The notes under the pieces were generated by a model. That model was given only the letters and a program-made list of their open reading frames with translations, made no database searches and was not told the origin of the DNA. From the NCBI RefSeq assembly GCF_000143415.4, contig NW_003314290.1, positions 983,586 through 1,047,585 of the forward strand: a stretch of 64,000 nt of DNA, written 5' to 3'. The stretch's first letter is position 1. Every line of letters starts with the position of its first letter. Shown here piece by piece: positions 62,851 through 64,000 of this stretch. The translations under genes were made by a program, and so were the position numbers. This DNA is from Selaginella moellendorffii. Lineage: Eukaryota > Plantae > Lycopodiophyta.

Positions 62851-63648
62851 AGACGCATAAACCACAGCTCACAACGCCGCTTACACAAGCAGCGCTCACT
62901 GCGCTCAGCAGAACCAAGAACACGGCGCACAAAAATGATCGACCTAGGAATGAGTTCGAGAATTCAAAAATAACACACGCTTGAACGTCACATCAAATCC
63001 TCTGACAAACCAGATCTTATGATTCCTCTGACAAATTTCAAACTGAGTAGCTTCTAGACTTTGCTGTCGGACGTTGAACTTTGTCACATCATGTCCTTGC
63101 CTCGATCCAGCTGTGCCATGTCAGTGATTCGAACTTTGCCATGCCATGTCAGCGATCCGCACCAAGATTATTCGCCGTGTAAAGGAATAATTATGCTGTG
63201 TGTGTACGTCCATTTATGGCAATATAAGGCCATACGCCATTCAAAGAATAATGCTAGTCGAGCATTTTTTGGTGCATTTTTGGGTTCAAAATTGCATGAG
63301 CCCACACGCTATAAAGTTTACCTGTACCAAAAATAGAAACAGCTTTATTTACTTGGGAATTTAAGTGGTTGAGGCATTTTTAAACTTACAAACACATGCC
63401 CTACTTACATTCCTTTGGTTGCTTAAAATTCAAAAATATTATAAACCTTTCTTTTTGCATTTTCAATGTTTTCAATTATGGTTTTTGATTTTCACAGGAC
63501 CAGCCTAGTAATCTATTTGCATCATGTCATGTTTATAGCTAGCTTTCGTTTGTCCCCTTCGCTAGCCTGAGATACATCTGCTCGGCATCTGCCTCTTACA
63601 GCATTTGCCCAGAAAGGGCATCTTTCTTCACGCAGCATTTGCCACATG

Positions 63649-63667
63649 TTTAGGGTTTAGGGTTTAG
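63649..63667 (+). promoter_or_regulatory. Telo-box / short interstitial TTTAGGG repeat
   Basis: TTTAGGGTTTAGGGTTTAG. Confidence 0.55.
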
Positions 63668-64000
63668 CAATTCAGTAGCTTGATAAACATGCAAATACAG
63701 AACTTGATGCAAAATCCTTTGATATGTCACAATGCCCCTAGGACCATAAACACATTTCAATAGAGAGATCCTTATGTAGATCTTGGTGAAACCAGAGTTA
63801 GTGAAGTTAATTTCTTGTGATCTCGCATCTGATTGTGATGTCCCTTTGTAGTGTCGATGGAAAGGTCAATGCACACCAAACTGTAAAATCTTGAAGCAAA
63901 ATAACGGTCGGATCTATGGCAAATGCCCCTGAAACATTGTAAGGCTCGTGTGGTCTCATGTGGTGTCCGATTGAGATGCTTCTTTGCAGGGTCATCAAGA

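Larger units (their letters stand above)
57881..64000 (-). mobile_element. DNA transposon, Sola-like/DUF7869-type; far end not identified in the window
   Basis: Sharp break of the family A LTR at 57880, a transposase-like ORF, and a dispersed 20-bp palindrome from 58108 to 63311. No TIR pair or TSD found. Confidence 0.65.

Noticed and set aside
63320-63346. Right-hand TIR matching 57881 (CAAAAATAGAAACAGCTT vs expected CAAAATAGAGCTT)
   Set aside because: The match is short and gapped, and the interrupted LTR does not resume afterwards.

Overview
Eukaryotic, plant-type heterochromatic DNA with four assembly gaps, made almost entirely of nested transposable elements. Introns of about 50 nt, Tcn1-like and Galadriel-like chromoviruses and a TTTAGGG motif suggest a non-seed plant such as the lycophyte Selaginella; this is inference. 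No intact host gene is visible. Left to right: an old LTR element (989-12499) contains a TRIM (2180-10172), which contains a young non-coding 7.3-kb LARD-type element (2848-10161). Next are an ACBP4-like kelch pseudogene (~13.8-15.7 kb), an internally deleted chromovirus (19636-24512), an old gypsy integrase remnant, a second TRIM, and several rearranged LARD copies, one carrying a captured eIF4A intron/exon fragment. A second chromovirus copy is interrupted by a TRIM solo LTR and by a self-priming Tcn1-like element (40779-46316). A further LARD carries a 2.8-kb solo LTR and a hAT MITE. The most unusual region runs from 57881 to the end: a DNA transposon with a ~1020-codon Sola-like/DUF7869-type DDE/D transposase broken by one TGG>TAG stop. 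It has tandem Tnp1/En/Spm-like N-terminal domains, about 14 copies of a 20-bp palindrome (two inside the ORF) and a 192-bp hairpin upstream of the start codon. All family assignments come from recognising motifs by eye; no searches were run.
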